Shown piece after piece: positions 63,520-64,000 of a stretch of 64,000 bases of DNA. Source of the DNA: Girardia tigrina (lineage: Eukaryota); assembly GCA_001938485.1 (NCBI GenBank), contig MQRK01224568.1, positions 1 through 64,000 of the forward strand, in the 5' to 3' direction. Made by a program: the position numbers and the translations under genes. The notes below the pieces were generated by a model. The model worked only from the letters and a program-made list of their open reading frames with translations, was not told where the DNA came from and did no database searches. Position 1 is the stretch's first letter; every line of letters starts with the position of its first letter.

Positions 63520-64000
63520 AAAAGGGCCGATATAGAACCTAACATAGATTCAAAACCATAGCACGTAAAAAGAACCAAGTACAAAGAGCCAAAGTAAAAA
63601 AGAGCCATAAAAGTTAAAAGAATATAAAAAACTTGGAAATTTATGTAATTTAAAGGATTAATTTATTTACTGATATAATTTGAAGGATTAATATATTTAC
63701 GGGGGTAAATTTCCCATTAATTACTCAGCGGAGATGTATGTTTCATTTGGGGCACGCATTTTAGAGAAAAATCCAAACTCTTAATAATATTCGTAAACAA
63801 TATGACAATGATTTCGACTTTAAATTGCATTTAAAAATTTTAAATGCATTAAGTTATGTGCCAGTTGGAAGAGCCATATCAGTTTATGGGAACATTATTG
63901 AGACTGCCTTTTATCGACAATATGAGATCCTTCTACGAACTTCTTCTCGATTATTTTGAAGACACAAAAATTGGAAAACAGCGATGTGAAAGTCAGCATT
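63520..64000 (+). mobile_element. MULE-like remnant running out of the window
   Basis: Short tandem terminal units aaagagcc; LNALSYVP..DYFEDT.IG. Confidence 0.55.

Overview
This is very AT-rich, gapped eukaryotic (animal) genomic DNA. Its base composition, 40-56 nt mini-introns, GPCR type and TE mix look like a freshwater planarian (inference). The whole window lies inside the middle of a + strand LYST/CHS1 (BEACH-family) gene. I reconstructed 16 exons (3061-63273) that splice GT-AG, keep phase and contain no stops. They cover the ARM/HEAT region, the acidic 'YEAD..DGET' segment, the ConA-like domain and the following helical region. A two-exon rhodopsin-like GPCR sits on the same strand inside one intron. 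The introns are full of mobile DNA: Tc1, mariner, maT, pogo/Tigger, hAT, MULE, piggyBac-like MITEs, Gypsy and LINE relics, and four Penelope-like fragments. The Penelope tails carry six minimal type I hammerhead ribozyme motifs, three of them with intact cores. The most unusual signal is a family of at least 7 diverged solo LTRs with 5-bp TSDs and mostly TG...TA ends. They keep a start codon at a fixed distance from the 3' end: an ATG 97 nt away in four copies, ATA at the same place in a fifth, and ATGs at 98 and 94 nt in two more. This ATG opens a conserved Cys-containing 32-codon peptide that reads out through the LTR terminus.
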